From assembly GCA_027592325.1 (NCBI GenBank), contig JAQCKO010000002.1:18392-82391 (forward strand): a DNA stretch of 64,000 nt, in the 5' to 3' direction. Both the position numbers and the translations under genes were made by a program. Below the pieces are notes generated by a model. That model made no database searches, was not told where the DNA came from, and saw only the letters and a program-made list of their open reading frames with translations. Shown one piece after another: positions 30,080 through 39,456 of the stretch. Each line of letters starts with the position of its first letter. Position 1 is the stretch's first letter. The stretch is from a bacterium. GTDB taxonomy: Bacteria; Patescibacteriota; Patescibacteriia; UBA9934.

Positions 30080-31147
30080 TTATTTCTCGCTTACAACCTG
30101 ACGCTCCGCAGCGAGTTGTAATTCCTGAATTACTTCATGAATTTCGCCGCCTAAAATAGCAGGAAGATTATGCCAAGTTGTGCCAATGCGGTGATCGGTC
30201 ACGCGATCTTGTGGTTCATTATAGGTGCGAATTTTCTCTGAACGATCACCTGTCCCAATTTGGCTTCGACGATTCGCGTCAAGTTCAGCCTGTTTTTTCT
30301 CCTGCTCGTAGGCAAACACACGTGCACGTATGATTTGAAGAGCACGTTCTTTGTTTTGGCGCTGCGAACGTTCTTCTTGGCAATACACCATAATTCCTGT
30401 TGGCTTGTGAATGATGCGAATAGCAGAATAGGTTGTATTCACTGATTGACCTCCGGCACCGGTTGAGGTTGTTGCCTCAATATCAAGATCGCCCATATCA
30501 ATATGAAACTCTTCCTCCTCGATAACTGGTAAAACGGCGACCGTGGCGGTAGAAGTGTGAATACGGCCTTGCTTTTCCGTTTTCGGAACACGCTGCACGC
30601 GATGAACGCCACTTTCATATTTCATGAGTCCATAAGTACCAGTCCCATGAAGCTCAAAAATCATCTCTTTCACCCCTCCGATATCATTCAAGCTTTGAGA
30701 AACAAGTTCTTTTTTCCAACCTTGTTTTTCTCCAAAGATTTGATACATGCGCACCAGGTCACCTGCAAAAAGAGCTGCTTCATCGCCACCTGCTCCTGCA
30801 CGAATTTCTAGAATTGCATCGTTGTCATCAAGCGGGTCGCGCGGAATGAGGGCTCGTTTTGCTTGTTCCTCTGCGTCAGGCATTTGTGTTTCCAACAGAG
30901 AAATCTCCTCTTCAGCAAGAGCGCGAATATCAGCGTCGTCATCTTCAAGGCTACGACGTGCGCTTTCAAGCTGCGCAAGAATCGATAAATACGTTTCCCC
31001 AGGTTCCAAAATTTTGGCAAGGGCGTGTCGCGTACGGTTGAGTTTTTCCAACTTCTTTGAGTGCTGGAGATTCTCGGGGCGCATGAGTGCCTCGTTAATC
31101 TCTTGCAGTTCTTTTTGCTTACACTCAATTTGTTCTTTTAAATTCAT
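30080..31147 (-). CDS. prfA: Peptide chain release factor 1
   Basis: EIRAGAGGDEAALF, ESGVHRVQRVPKTE (PxT), GAGGQSVN, GDRSEKIRTYN. Confidence 0.97.
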   Translation of the reverse strand: MNLKEQIECKQKELQEINEALMRPENLQHSKKLEKLNRTRHALAKILEPGETYLSILAQLESARRSLEDDDADIRALAEEEISLLETQMPDAEEQAKRALIPRDPLDDNDAILEIRAGAGGDEAALFAGDLVRMYQIFGEKQGWKKELVSQSLNDIGGVKEMIFELHGTGTYGLMKYESGVHRVQRVPKTEKQGRIHTSTATVAVLPVIEEEEFHIDMGDLDIEATTSTGAGGQSVNTTYSAIRIIHKPTGIMVYCQEERSQRQNKERALQIIRARVFAYEQEKKQAELDANRRSQIGTGDRSEKIRTYNEPQDRVTDHRIGTTWHNLPAILGGEIHEVIQELQLAAERQVVSEK

Positions 31148-31224
31148 AGGATAAGTGTATCAGGTTCAAGCTAATAGCTATAAACAAAAAACATCCAATC
31201 TGACGATCGAATGTTCTGTGCGAG

Positions 31225-31518
31225 CTAAACTTCAGCTTCTTTTGCCTTTTTATCGGCTTTCTTTTGTGCGCGCTCAGCCTTCTTCGCAAGTTTGTCAGCA
31301 TGCGTAAGACTTGTGCCAGTTTGCTCAGTACGAGCCTGGAATTTCTCTACGCGGCGAGCAGAGTCAACAATTTTTTGCTTCCCTGTGTAAAATGGGTGAC
31401 AATTTGAGCAAAGCTCGATGGCAATCTTCTCAGAAGTTGAGCCTACGGTGTAGTTTTTTCCACACGCGCAGGTAATAGCCGCTTCTTTTGTATATGTTGG
31501 ATGAATTCCGTCTTTCAT
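31225..31518 (-). CDS. rpmE: 50S ribosomal protein L31
   Basis: [23 protein letters not shown]; TTGACA-17-TAATCT promoter at 31569-31541. Confidence 0.96.
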   Translation of the reverse strand: MKDGIHPTYTKEAAITCACGKNYTVGSTSEKIAIELCSNCHPFYTGKQKIVDSARRVEKFQARTEQTGTSLTHADKLAKKAERAQKKADKKAKEAEV

Positions 31519-31580
31519 ACGGTATGTTAACAATGGCAGGAGATTATCAGGAGAGGGGATAATTGTCAAGGGAAAAACCC

Positions 31581-31686
31581 CAGCTCACCGCATCTACAGG
31601 CTTGCAGCTACGCGCCTCATTCACCGTACGCTTATGTGCGGCTCATTACGTTGCTCGCGGGCGCACCTGCAACTACGGCAATCTGA
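31581..31686. repeat. 106-nt dispersed repeat, copy 1 (ERIC/MITE-like)
   Basis: About 86% identical by hand alignment to 44899-45004. Confidence 0.85.
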
Positions 31687-31799
31687 GGCATTTTTGGTGC
31701 AAGTAATGCATCATTTCACCAAACCGGTGAAATGTCAACCAAAACGGTATCGAAACCTTGACAAAAAACATAAAAAATGGTAAAAAATACCGTCATTCT

Positions 31800-32960
31800 A
31801 TGCGAATTGCCATGATTGGACAAAAGGGGATGCCGGCGCATTTTGGCGGCATCGAAACGCATGTAAGCGAGCTCGCAACTCGCTTGGTTCAGTCTGGGCA
31901 TCATGTGACCGTTTATGCGCGTCCTTGGTATCAAAAAGATTCGATGCGTGTCTACAATGGTGTTCGCATTGTTACGCTTCCTTCTATTCGAACAAAACGC
32001 CTCGATACCATTTCACATACGCTTTTATCAATTTTGCACGCGACATTTGTGCTCCGTGCCGATATCATTCACATACATGGAGTTGGTCCGGCCATTTTAG
32101 CTTGGCTCCCAAAGCTTCTACGTCCGGTTTCATCTGTTGTAACAACTTTTCATTGTATTGATGCAGATCAGAAAAAGTGGGGGCGATTTGCAAGATTTAT
32201 GCTTCGCATTGGAGAACGATTTGCTGTTACCGCGCCCGACAAAACCATTACGGTCAGTAAATCGCTTCAGACCTATATTCGTGCTCGTCATGAAGGTTCG
32301 GCTGAATATATTCCAAATGGGATTACCCCTGCGCGTGCTTCGACCAATGATGCGGCGCTTCGGCCGTATCGGCTATCAAGCGGCCAATTTGTAGCGACTA
32401 TTGCGCGTCTCATTCCTGACAAAAATATTCATGTGCTCATTGAGGCATGGAGAATGGCAAAAGAAACATCACCAAAACTGATGAGCGGGATGAAGCTTGC
32501 GATTGTTGGTGACTCTGCATTCACTTCGGAATATGTTGCGAAATTGCATGCGATGGCGGCAGGCGATACATCGATTGTATTTACAGGATTTCAGACCGGG
32601 GCAACCCTGAAGGCTCTATTTGCCGGTAGTCGTGTGATTATTCATCCTTCTCAAGCAGAAGGTCTTCCGATTGCGGTTTTAGAGGCGATGAGTTACGGAA
32701 AAGCCGTTATTGCATCTGATATTCCGGCGAACAAAGAAGTTGTCGATGAATATGGGGTGATTGTGCCAGTAAATGATCCCGACGCTCTAGCGCATGCTCT
32801 CATTGGAATCCTTGAAGATCCAATGTATGCAGCATCACTTGGCCACAGCGCGCGCGAGCATGTTGAGATGAACTATCACTGGGATGATATTGCCCGGCGC
32901 ACTGAAGCTGTTTACGAAGAAGCGCTTCCACTCCGCGACGGAATTTTTGCGATTCGGTAA
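31800..32960 (+). CDS. Glycosyltransferase family 4
   Basis: MRIAMIGQKGMPAHFGGIETHV, EGLPIAVLEAMSYG. Confidence 0.93.
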   Translation: MRIAMIGQKGMPAHFGGIETHVSELATRLVQSGHHVTVYARPWYQKDSMRVYNGVRIVTLPSIRTKRLDTISHTLLSILHATFVLRADIIHIHGVGPAILAWLPKLLRPVSSVVTTFHCIDADQKKWGRFARFMLRIGERFAVTAPDKTITVSKSLQTYIRARHEGSAEYIPNGITPARASTNDAALRPYRLSSGQFVATIARLIPDKNIHVLIEAWRMAKETSPKLMSGMKLAIVGDSAFTSEYVAKLHAMAAGDTSIVFTGFQTGATLKALFAGSRVIIHPSQAEGLPIAVLEAMSYGKAVIASDIPANKEVVDEYGVIVPVNDPDALAHALIGILEDPMYAASLGHSAREHVEMNYHWDDIARRTEAVYEEALPLRDGIFAIR

Positions 32961-32987
32961 GTTGAGATGAGATCAAGTCAACATGTA

Positions 32988-33021
32988 GAAAGGGTCGAGC
33001 CGATGCTCGGCTTTTTCGTTT
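32988..33021 (+). terminator. Intrinsic terminator
   Basis: GGGTCGAGC-CGAT-GCTCGGCTT followed by a T-rich run. Confidence 0.65.
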
Positions 33022-33244
33022 TATTCGCGAGTAGCTTGTAGCCAGTAGGTAGTAGCGTGCAGCGGTTTATGAGGTGGTGTACGAATACGCTTTCCGTCAT
33101 TCCTGCCTTCGTAGGCATGTCGAAGGTGAGAAATAACTTTCGGCAATAGGTACTCATACCCTTCGGGCTGTCGGTACCTCAGGTGGATTCGGTACTCGTC
33201 CAAGATGAGCTGCCTGACGATCACCTCTCCTGTATAATGCCCCC

Positions 33245-34774
33245 ATGAGCAATTTTAGAGAGCTGTACCGAAAAAGCGATGAATATATGCGCGCATTTCA
33301 AATTGCGCTTATTATTGCGTTTCTTGGATCGGTTGTGCTTTCTGTATTTCTTTCGACGGCTCTGGCTATAGGGCTTGTGCTCGCAGCTATTGCCGTGTTT
33401 TTCGCGCTTTATCAACCAGTCTGGACGCTCGCAGCTCTGCTCATGTATCTGCCATTTGAGCCGTTTCTTCTCAAATGGATACCCGATGATGTTTACATTT
33501 ATGCCCGTTTTTTCTCTGAAGCAATAATTTATTTACTCGTTGCTTCAACGCTTGTGCGCGTGTTTCTTCGCTCAAAAACGCTGCTTTCAACCAAGGTTGA
33601 TTTGCCGCTCGTCTTATTTGTCCTCACAATCATTGCATCAATTGTCATTAATACCATTGCACCATTTGACGCCGCACTCGGTGCCCGTCAACTTTTGCGC
33701 TTTGTTTTGCTTTTCTTCATTGTCACTACATTACGTCCCGACATTTTTTGGCTGAAGCGACTGATAACGGGTCTTGTTCTTGTGGTCGTGATTCAAGCAG
33801 TGCTTGGGTACGGCCAGTTTTTGGTTGGCGCACCTCTCGATAATCTTCTTCTCCCGTCAGAATCGCGGACATTTGGCGAGATTCAAATCACAGAAGGAAC
33901 GGTTCAATTTTGGGACCCTGGTCAACGTGTCTTTGGAACGCTTGGGCGGTACGATAGGCTTGGGACATTCTTGGCGATCATTCTGCTCATTGCGGCATCA
34001 GTTTTATACGAAAAAAACCTGAACAATTATCATCGGGGAGCATCGCTACTTCTTTTGAGTGCACTCCCAATTCTTGCACTCACCTATTCGCGCTCGGCGT
34101 GGTTTGGATTTCTTCTTGGTTTTTTCTTCATTGCTCTTTTCATAAAAAAAGATCGTAGAATACTTACCGCTACGGTTGTTGTTGCTATTCTTCTTGCGAT
34201 CTATCTTTCTGTTTCAGGACTTGTTGTGAATCGCCTGATTGACACTTCAAGCCAAACGATTTCAGAACGTTTTTTTGAAGCATTCTCATTTGAGCGCTGG
34301 CGCGGGGAGTATGTTGATCTTGGACGCTTATTCTGGATTGTGCAAACCCCCGCTGTTATTGTTCCAGCTTCACCAATATTCGGACATGGGCCGGCACAAT
34401 TCGGTGGCGGTGCGGCAGCTGCGCTCGGGAATAGCGACGTGTATGAATCGCTTGGTTTACCATTTGGCGTGTATGGAACCGAAGGGTATATCGATAATAA
34501 TTGGCTATCAATTTGGGGAGAATATGGAACGGTAGGAATTTTCTTGTTTCTTTGGGCGTATATTGCGCTTTTTCGCGCCGCGATGAAGCTGTACAGGGAA
34601 TCAGATGATCCTTATACGCGCGCTTTTGCGCTTAGCTATGCAGCAATGACCATTGCGATTGCGCTTAATGCCTTTTTGGCCACCTTCCTTGAAGTCCGTA
34701 CACTCGCGCCGTATTTGTGGGCGTTTGGTGGGATGATTTTTGTTCTTGCAGAGCGTGAAAAAATAGAGCTATGA
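33245..34774 (+). CDS. O-antigen ligase/Wzy_C-like membrane protein
   Basis: Many TM helices, RVFGTLG, LTYSRSAW, PIFGHGP, IDNNWLSIWGEYGTVG. Confidence 0.85.
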   Translation: MSNFRELYRKSDEYMRAFQIALIIAFLGSVVLSVFLSTALAIGLVLAAIAVFFALYQPVWTLAALLMYLPFEPFLLKWIPDDVYIYARFFSEAIIYLLVASTLVRVFLRSKTLLSTKVDLPLVLFVLTIIASIVINTIAPFDAALGARQLLRFVLLFFIVTTLRPDIFWLKRLITGLVLVVVIQAVLGYGQFLVGAPLDNLLLPSESRTFGEIQITEGTVQFWDPGQRVFGTLGRYDRLGTFLAIILLIAASVLYEKNLNNYHRGASLLLLSALPILALTYSRSAWFGFLLGFFFIALFIKKDRRILTATVVVAILLAIYLSVSGLVVNRLIDTSSQTISERFFEAFSFERWRGEYVDLGRLFWIVQTPAVIVPASPIFGHGPAQFGGGAAAALGNSDVYESLGLPFGVYGTEGYIDNNWLSIWGEYGTVGIFLFLWAYIALFRAAMKLYRESDDPYTRAFALSYAAMTIAIALNAFLATFLEVRTLAPYLWAFGGMIFVLAEREKIEL

Positions 34775-35958
34775 AGATTGTTCACGCGCATAAGTATTAT
34801 TACGCGCGGCGAGGGGCGGAGCGCTATATGCTCGCGCTCATGAAGGCGCAATTTGCAGCTGGTCACGAGGTGATTCCATTTGCGATGGATCACCCTGAGA
34901 ACATTGACAGTTTTTGGTCGGATTATTTTCCGCCTGAAGTGAAATCGATTGGTGCAGGAGCGATTGCGCAAACACGGCGCGCGTACCGATCAAAAGAGGT
35001 ATATCAGTATGTTGCAAGGCTTTTCGATGAAATACGTCCTGATGTGCTCCATGTCCATAATTTGTATACGCATCTTTCAACCAGCGTGCTGAAAGCGGCT
35101 CATGAACGGGGGATTCGCATTGTTATGACCGTACACGACTATCATTTGGTGAGCGCGAACTATGCCTTATGGAATCCAAGCACTCAGTTACCAATTGGGA
35201 CCAAGCCAAGTTTTATTGAAACGATGTCATCTCGTTTTATAAAGGGGTCTATGCTCAAAACAGCCATGCTTGAGCTTATTCGGCGGCGAACACAGCAGGA
35301 TTATTTGCATTACGTAGATACATTTATTGTGGGTTCACGGTTCATGGAAGAGGTGCTGGTAAAAAATGGGTTTCCTCAATCGAGCATTGAGCATATCCCA
35401 TTATTTGCCGATAGCTCGATTCCGGTGCGTGCGCGTAAAGTAAAACGAGAAGTGTTGTACATAGGTGCGCTTGAGCGAAATAAAGGCATTGAAACGTTAC
35501 TTGCGGCGATGCGTGAAATCCCGCAACTGACGCTGCGTATTGCAGGGTCTGGCCAACTTGAGGCTGAGTTCAAAAGCCGTTATACAAAATCGAAGCGAGT
35601 TATATTCGAAGGGCAGGTACAGTCAAAACGACTCGCAGAGTTGTATTCTCAGGCCATGATGTTAGTGGTGCCATCAGAATGGCATGAACCATTTGGCCTT
35701 GTTGCAGTTGAAGCTATGCGCGCAGGCGTACCGCTTGTGGTGTCTGATATGGGAGCACTTCCCGAAATTGTTCAGGAAGGGAAGGTGGGTTCGATATTTG
35801 AAGCAGGTGAGGTAGATGATCTTCGAGAGCATATAAAGCGGTTGGCTGCGAACAGCAAACAACGGGAGGAGTTTTCAAAACGAGGAAAACAGAGAGCTAA
35901 AGAAGTGTTTTCGCTCGAAAAGCATGCAAAGCGTGTGCAACAATTATATAGAGGTTAG
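34771..35958 (+). CDS. Glycosyltransferase family 4
   Basis: GAERY, PDVLHVHN, TVHDY, KGIETL, EPFGLVAVEAM. Confidence 0.93.
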   Translation: MKIVHAHKYYYARRGAERYMLALMKAQFAAGHEVIPFAMDHPENIDSFWSDYFPPEVKSIGAGAIAQTRRAYRSKEVYQYVARLFDEIRPDVLHVHNLYTHLSTSVLKAAHERGIRIVMTVHDYHLVSANYALWNPSTQLPIGTKPSFIETMSSRFIKGSMLKTAMLELIRRRTQQDYLHYVDTFIVGSRFMEEVLVKNGFPQSSIEHIPLFADSSIPVRARKVKREVLYIGALERNKGIETLLAAMREIPQLTLRIAGSGQLEAEFKSRYTKSKRVIFEGQVQSKRLAELYSQAMMLVVPSEWHEPFGLVAVEAMRAGVPLVVSDMGALPEIVQEGKVGSIFEAGEVDDLREHIKRLAANSKQREEFSKRGKQRAKEVFSLEKHAKRVQQLYRG

Positions 35959-35977
35959 AGGTTAGAGGTTAGAGGTT
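35950..35977 (+). repeat. Heptamer tandem repeat (AGAGGTT) x4
   Basis: Four exact units spanning the GT4 stop codon. Confidence 0.9.
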
Positions 35978-36008
35978 TAAGCGTGAGGCAATAATTTTTG
36001 CACAAATC

Positions 36009-36190
36009 GTCATTCCTGCGAAGCCTGTCCCTGCGCAGGCAGGGAGCAGGAATCCATCGAATCGCATTCGGTATACGTTGGACCCCTGATCAGAGCCAGG
36101 GGTGACGAATAGATTCTTCACTTTGATCAGGAGGAGAATCGTCTTACCTACCTGAGCGTAGGCCTTTGGCTGAAGTTAAAGGATCAATGC
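36009..36190. repeat. REP-like cluster
   Basis: GTCATTCCTGCGAAG[nested CCTGTCCCTGCGCAGGCAGGGAG]CAGGAATCCA, inverted TGGACCCCTGATCAGAGCCAGGGGTGAC and a CCTGAGCG...AAGGATC unit. Confidence 0.8.
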
Positions 36191-36315
36191 ATATTCGTCA
36201 TTCGTGCACCCTCATGTGGATAGAAGGCTGAAAAAATCAAAAATTCCTGATACAACAAATGTAGATAAGGGTGCAATTGCGCTCTTTGACTGTACCTTTT
36301 TCAGGGGGTTTCGAG

Positions 36316-37221
36316 ATGGCTGAGCAGTCATTCGTTAGCGTTGACACTGCCTTGATGGGCGATGATTTCGATGGTCTCGTCGAGCGTCTGAAGGACATTG
36401 GTGTAGCTCGAATGGAGTCGCCGATTAGCCCAGGGCTCCAGACGCGCATCTTCGGTGGCATGCAGAAGCTGACGCGCTTGCCCGAAGACGAACAGCGTCC
36501 GTGGCGTCTCGAACACCTGACGATCCCCGATCCCGCGCGCGATGGCGTGATGGAGCCGGACTTTGGGCTTCGTCCGCCGAAGCAAGAGGGGCCGAGGGAC
36601 GACAACAAGTACTCGTTGATGATTTGCCGACGGGCGCTTAGTCATCTGTTCCGTCCGGAATTCATTGGAGCACTTCGCCATGAGTGGCAGCGGCAGTTAC
36701 TGTATGACGTTCAGCTTGCGCATGGGGCCATGGAATTATGGTTTAATGCACTTGCAAGGGCCGTTGCGTGTTGCGAAGAAGATCCCGATGTAGCTGCAAG
36801 GCTCTTCGAAGGTCGTACCGTTTTGCGAGTGCTCGAATATACGGATGACAGTGGTTGGGGCGGCGGACAGGTCGGCGAGCCGCACTTCGACAAGAGTGTC
36901 TTTACTGCGGCTATTGGTGCAGATAAGCCAGGGCTTCAGATTCGTGGAAATTCTGTTCCGCCTGACGAAAGTCGGGTGTTCATCGGTGGGCGGGCACCGC
37001 ATGGCCTTCTCGGTCTCGATCCGCCGCGCTTCGCTGGGAGGGGTCATTACCCGCCTGCGCATCATAGCGTCGTGGTGCCGGAGGGTACTGATCCAGGACG
37101 GTTCGCCCTCGTCGCATTCCAATGGATGGCGGACAAGAACGGCAATCCGTGCCAGTTCCTCGCGACCAAGGTGGACGCGTACGACGGTGCATTTCCGGAT
37201 GCCAATCTGCCCTCGATCTAG
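36316..37221 (+). CDS. 2-oxoglutarate/Fe(II)-dependent oxygenase-like protein (IPNS-like fold)
   Basis: LRVLEY...EPHFDKSVFT (HxD)...PGLQI...VFIG...HHSVV (distal His)...RFALVAF; AGGGGG SD; visibly GC-rich. Confidence 0.75.
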   Translation: MAEQSFVSVDTALMGDDFDGLVERLKDIGVARMESPISPGLQTRIFGGMQKLTRLPEDEQRPWRLEHLTIPDPARDGVMEPDFGLRPPKQEGPRDDNKYSLMICRRALSHLFRPEFIGALRHEWQRQLLYDVQLAHGAMELWFNALARAVACCEEDPDVAARLFEGRTVLRVLEYTDDSGWGGGQVGEPHFDKSVFTAAIGADKPGLQIRGNSVPPDESRVFIGGRAPHGLLGLDPPRFAGRGHYPPAHHSVVVPEGTDPGRFALVAFQWMADKNGNPCQFLATKVDAYDGAFPDANLPSI

Positions 37222-37240
37222 CACTAGATCGACAGGGCGC

Positions 37241-37275
37241 AACGCCGGTCTCACATGAGGTCGGCGTCTTCTTTT
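37241..37275 (+). terminator. Terminator after the oxygenase-like gene
   Basis: ACGCCGGTCTC-ACAT-GAGGTCGGCGT plus CTTCTTTT. Confidence 0.7.
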
Positions 37276-37287
37276 AAGAAAAATCTT

Positions 37288-38499
37288 TTAGCTATGCATT
37301 TCCATAACCTCTCTGACAATTCTTTTGCTCACCAGCTCTGGTATTCTTCCTGTCTGTTGCAAACTCTCAATCGTTTCTATGTCTTCTATGGCAACATTCC
37401 CTGCAAACAAAAATGGGAGTAGTTCCTGCCCGTGCGTTTCAATCGCCCGCTCAACATCCATCATTCCAGTACGATAAATATGTTCCTTATAAAATCCGTT
37501 TCCACCATTCCCTGGATGTGTTATTCCGCGGTAAATACGCAGGCAGAGCTGCCAAACTTCGTCTTTTATCTGGCTGTCGGTGACATCTTTTTGCATACGT
37601 CTAGCAAGGGATTTTTTTGCTTCAAAAAGTGTCTGGAATACATCGGTGAATCCATACTCGCTCGTAAGGGTCAAGGCCCAGGTATTCCAAAAGCCTGGCG
37701 CGAATATACGGGGTGCGGAAAGTTGCTGCTGAAAGTAGAGGGCCAATCCTTCATCTGTTTTTAAATAATTTGCACCCCCAACCCCAAGAATCCCGAGTTC
37801 ATTCATGCGTCCATTATGGGTACGAAGGGCATGTACCTCAATTTCATGCGTGAGGAGTCTTGCCGCTCGGGCTTTTGAAATGGCGAGTGAGGCTGGGATG
37901 ACGATATTGCCCCTTTGCATCAATTTTCCATGTCGTAGGGAAAAGCGGTTTGATTCATGGCTGACTTTGATTCGCCACGAGTTTTGCATGTCGTAATGCG
38001 CAAGTACACGATCAATCATTTGTTGCATCAGAGCGCTGTTCACAGGCCTTGTGTGGACATGAAATGTTTCTGCCGCGCTTAGCATGCGGTCGAACTCTGC
38101 GCGTAGATCTGCTTCAGATTGCGAAGGGTTCCCAAATAATTCACGCGAATAATGGCTCGTACGTTTGTCATCGCCGCGCTGAACAGCAATCAGTAATTTT
38201 GTACGCATCATGGCAGAATGAATTTTTTTTGCGTAGAGAAGCTGTACGCGAGGATCATTCGTAAAGTCAGAAAGTACGGACTCAAATGTCTCTAGCTGCT
38301 GCAAATAATGATCTGCTTGAAACGTTTCTACAGCTGTATACGAAAAAACAGGTTCCTCACCAAAAAACATGAATGCACGCTTCAGGCCTTCAAGCGGTTT
38401 TAGGTCTTGTTTGACATACCGCGAGAATCGCAACTTTGGGAGCTCGCAATAGCGTTCAAAAGGTGCGGTGTCGATCAGTGGTTTATTCATGGGATTCAT
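37288..38499 (-). CDS. DUF1704/MATCAP-like zinc metallopeptidase ('QEGLA' family)
   Basis: LLTHEIEVHALR (HExxxH), YLKTDEGLA, LRIYRG, FYKEHIY, LFAGNV. Confidence 0.8.
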   Translation of the reverse strand: MNPMNKPLIDTAPFERYCELPKLRFSRYVKQDLKPLEGLKRAFMFFGEEPVFSYTAVETFQADHYLQQLETFESVLSDFTNDPRVQLLYAKKIHSAMMRTKLLIAVQRGDDKRTSHYSRELFGNPSQSEADLRAEFDRMLSAAETFHVHTRPVNSALMQQMIDRVLAHYDMQNSWRIKVSHESNRFSLRHGKLMQRGNIVIPASLAISKARAARLLTHEIEVHALRTHNGRMNELGILGVGGANYLKTDEGLALYFQQQLSAPRIFAPGFWNTWALTLTSEYGFTDVFQTLFEAKKSLARRMQKDVTDSQIKDEVWQLCLRIYRGITHPGNGGNGFYKEHIYRTGMMDVERAIETHGQELLPFLFAGNVAIEDIETIESLQQTGRIPELVSKRIVREVMEMHS

Positions 38500-38782
38500 C
38501 TTGCGTTGTGTCGAGTTGTGTTGGATCAGGGGAATACAGCGTATTCTTGATTCGCCATTTATCGACGAATTGTCCTATGCCGGCCTTATCGCGTTTGTTT
38601 CGGACTGTGGTACTCGACTGTGACCATTTGAGTAGAGATTCAAAGTTAATCTTGTATCGGCCGTGTACAACAATATAGGTGAGCTCTTCTTTTTGAATCG
38701 CTCTTCGTATGGTGCGAGTACTCACACCGAATAATTTGGCGGCTTCTGATACAGAAAGTCGGATGAGATGTTCCATGCTCAT
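38483..38782 (-). CDS. Excisionase-like (HTH_17/MerR-type) DNA-binding protein
   Basis: LSVSEAAKLFGVSTRTIRRAI...GRYKI. Confidence 0.85.
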   Translation of the reverse strand: MSMEHLIRLSVSEAAKLFGVSTRTIRRAIQKEELTYIVVHGRYKINFESLLKWSQSSTTVRNKRDKAGIGQFVDKWRIKNTLYSPDPTQLDTTQDESHE

Positions 38783-38799
38783 ATGTGTTTGTCGACTCT

Positions 38800-38828
38800 A
38801 GCGTAGACAAAAAAAGGTTACATGTCAA
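38800..38828 (-). promoter_or_regulatory. Sigma70 promoter of the HTH-peptidase operon
   Basis: TTGACA-17 nt-TACGCT on the minus strand. Confidence 0.65.
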
Positions 38829-38874
38829 TGGAGCCCTTGAAAAAAAACCAAATTTTTGGCATAGTACTCCTCTG

Positions 38875-38902
38875 TGTAACCTTTTTCACAGAATAACGAC
38901 TA
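38875..38902 (+). promoter_or_regulatory. ECF-sigma autoregulatory promoter (SigX-type)
   Basis: TGTAAC-16 nt-CGAC, with CGAC ending 7 nt before the sigma-factor ATG. Confidence 0.75.
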
Positions 38903-38907
38903 TATAA

Positions 38908-39456
38908 ATGTCCATGCGACGCGAGCAATTTCTTCTTTTCCGCATTCGGGAGCATAGCGACCAAGCGGCATACGAAGAGCTTTACAATGCGTACTTGGAG
39001 CGTATTCGGCGCTATATCTTCTTCCGCGTTCCGAAGGCAGAAGACGCCGATGAGCTCACAGCCGAAGTTTTTCTCCGGGCTCTTGAATATGTATCAAGCA
39101 CCCGCGTTGAACATGCGTCTGCACTTTTCTATCGTATTGCACGCACGCTTGTCGCGGACTTTTACCGAAAACGAAAATTAACGGAACCTCTGAATACAGC
39201 ACTTCACGTTGAAGTGAGTGGCCGACAAATTGAAGAGGACATCGATCTTTCAGAAGAAAAGCAACAGCTCATAAAAACGATTACTTCACTCCGCGATGTC
39301 TACCGAGACGTGCTCACGATGTTCTATCTTGATCAAATGAGCATTAAAGAAATCGCGCTGTCAATAGAAAAATCGTCTGGAGCTGTGCGTGTGCTCCTTC
39401 ATCGCGCAAGAAAAGCGCTCAAACAATCATATGAACGACCTTCTAAAACAACTTAA
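38908..39456 (+). CDS. ECF RNA polymerase sigma factor
   Basis: AYEELY, DADELTAEVF, FYRIARTLVADFYRK, SIKEIA, GAVRVLLHRARKAL. Confidence 0.93.
   Translation: MSMRREQFLLFRIREHSDQAAYEELYNAYLERIRRYIFFRVPKAEDADELTAEVFLRALEYVSSTRVEHASALFYRIARTLVADFYRKRKLTEPLNTALHVEVSGRQIEEDIDLSEEKQQLIKTITSLRDVYRDVLTMFYLDQMSIKEIALSIEKSSGAVRVLLHRARKALKQSYERPSKTT

Noticed and set aside
35950-36190. Possible CRISPR array among the repeats
   Set aside because: No constant repeat with regular unique spacers and no cas genes; the units are heptamers and REP-like palindromes
36736-37258. Long alternative-frame ORFs over the oxygenase-like gene
   Set aside because: Expected from high GC content; no motifs or start signals
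38483-38782. Possible prophage or integrative element suggested by the excisionase-like gene
   Set aside because: No integrase, att-like repeats, tRNA or phage genes nearby
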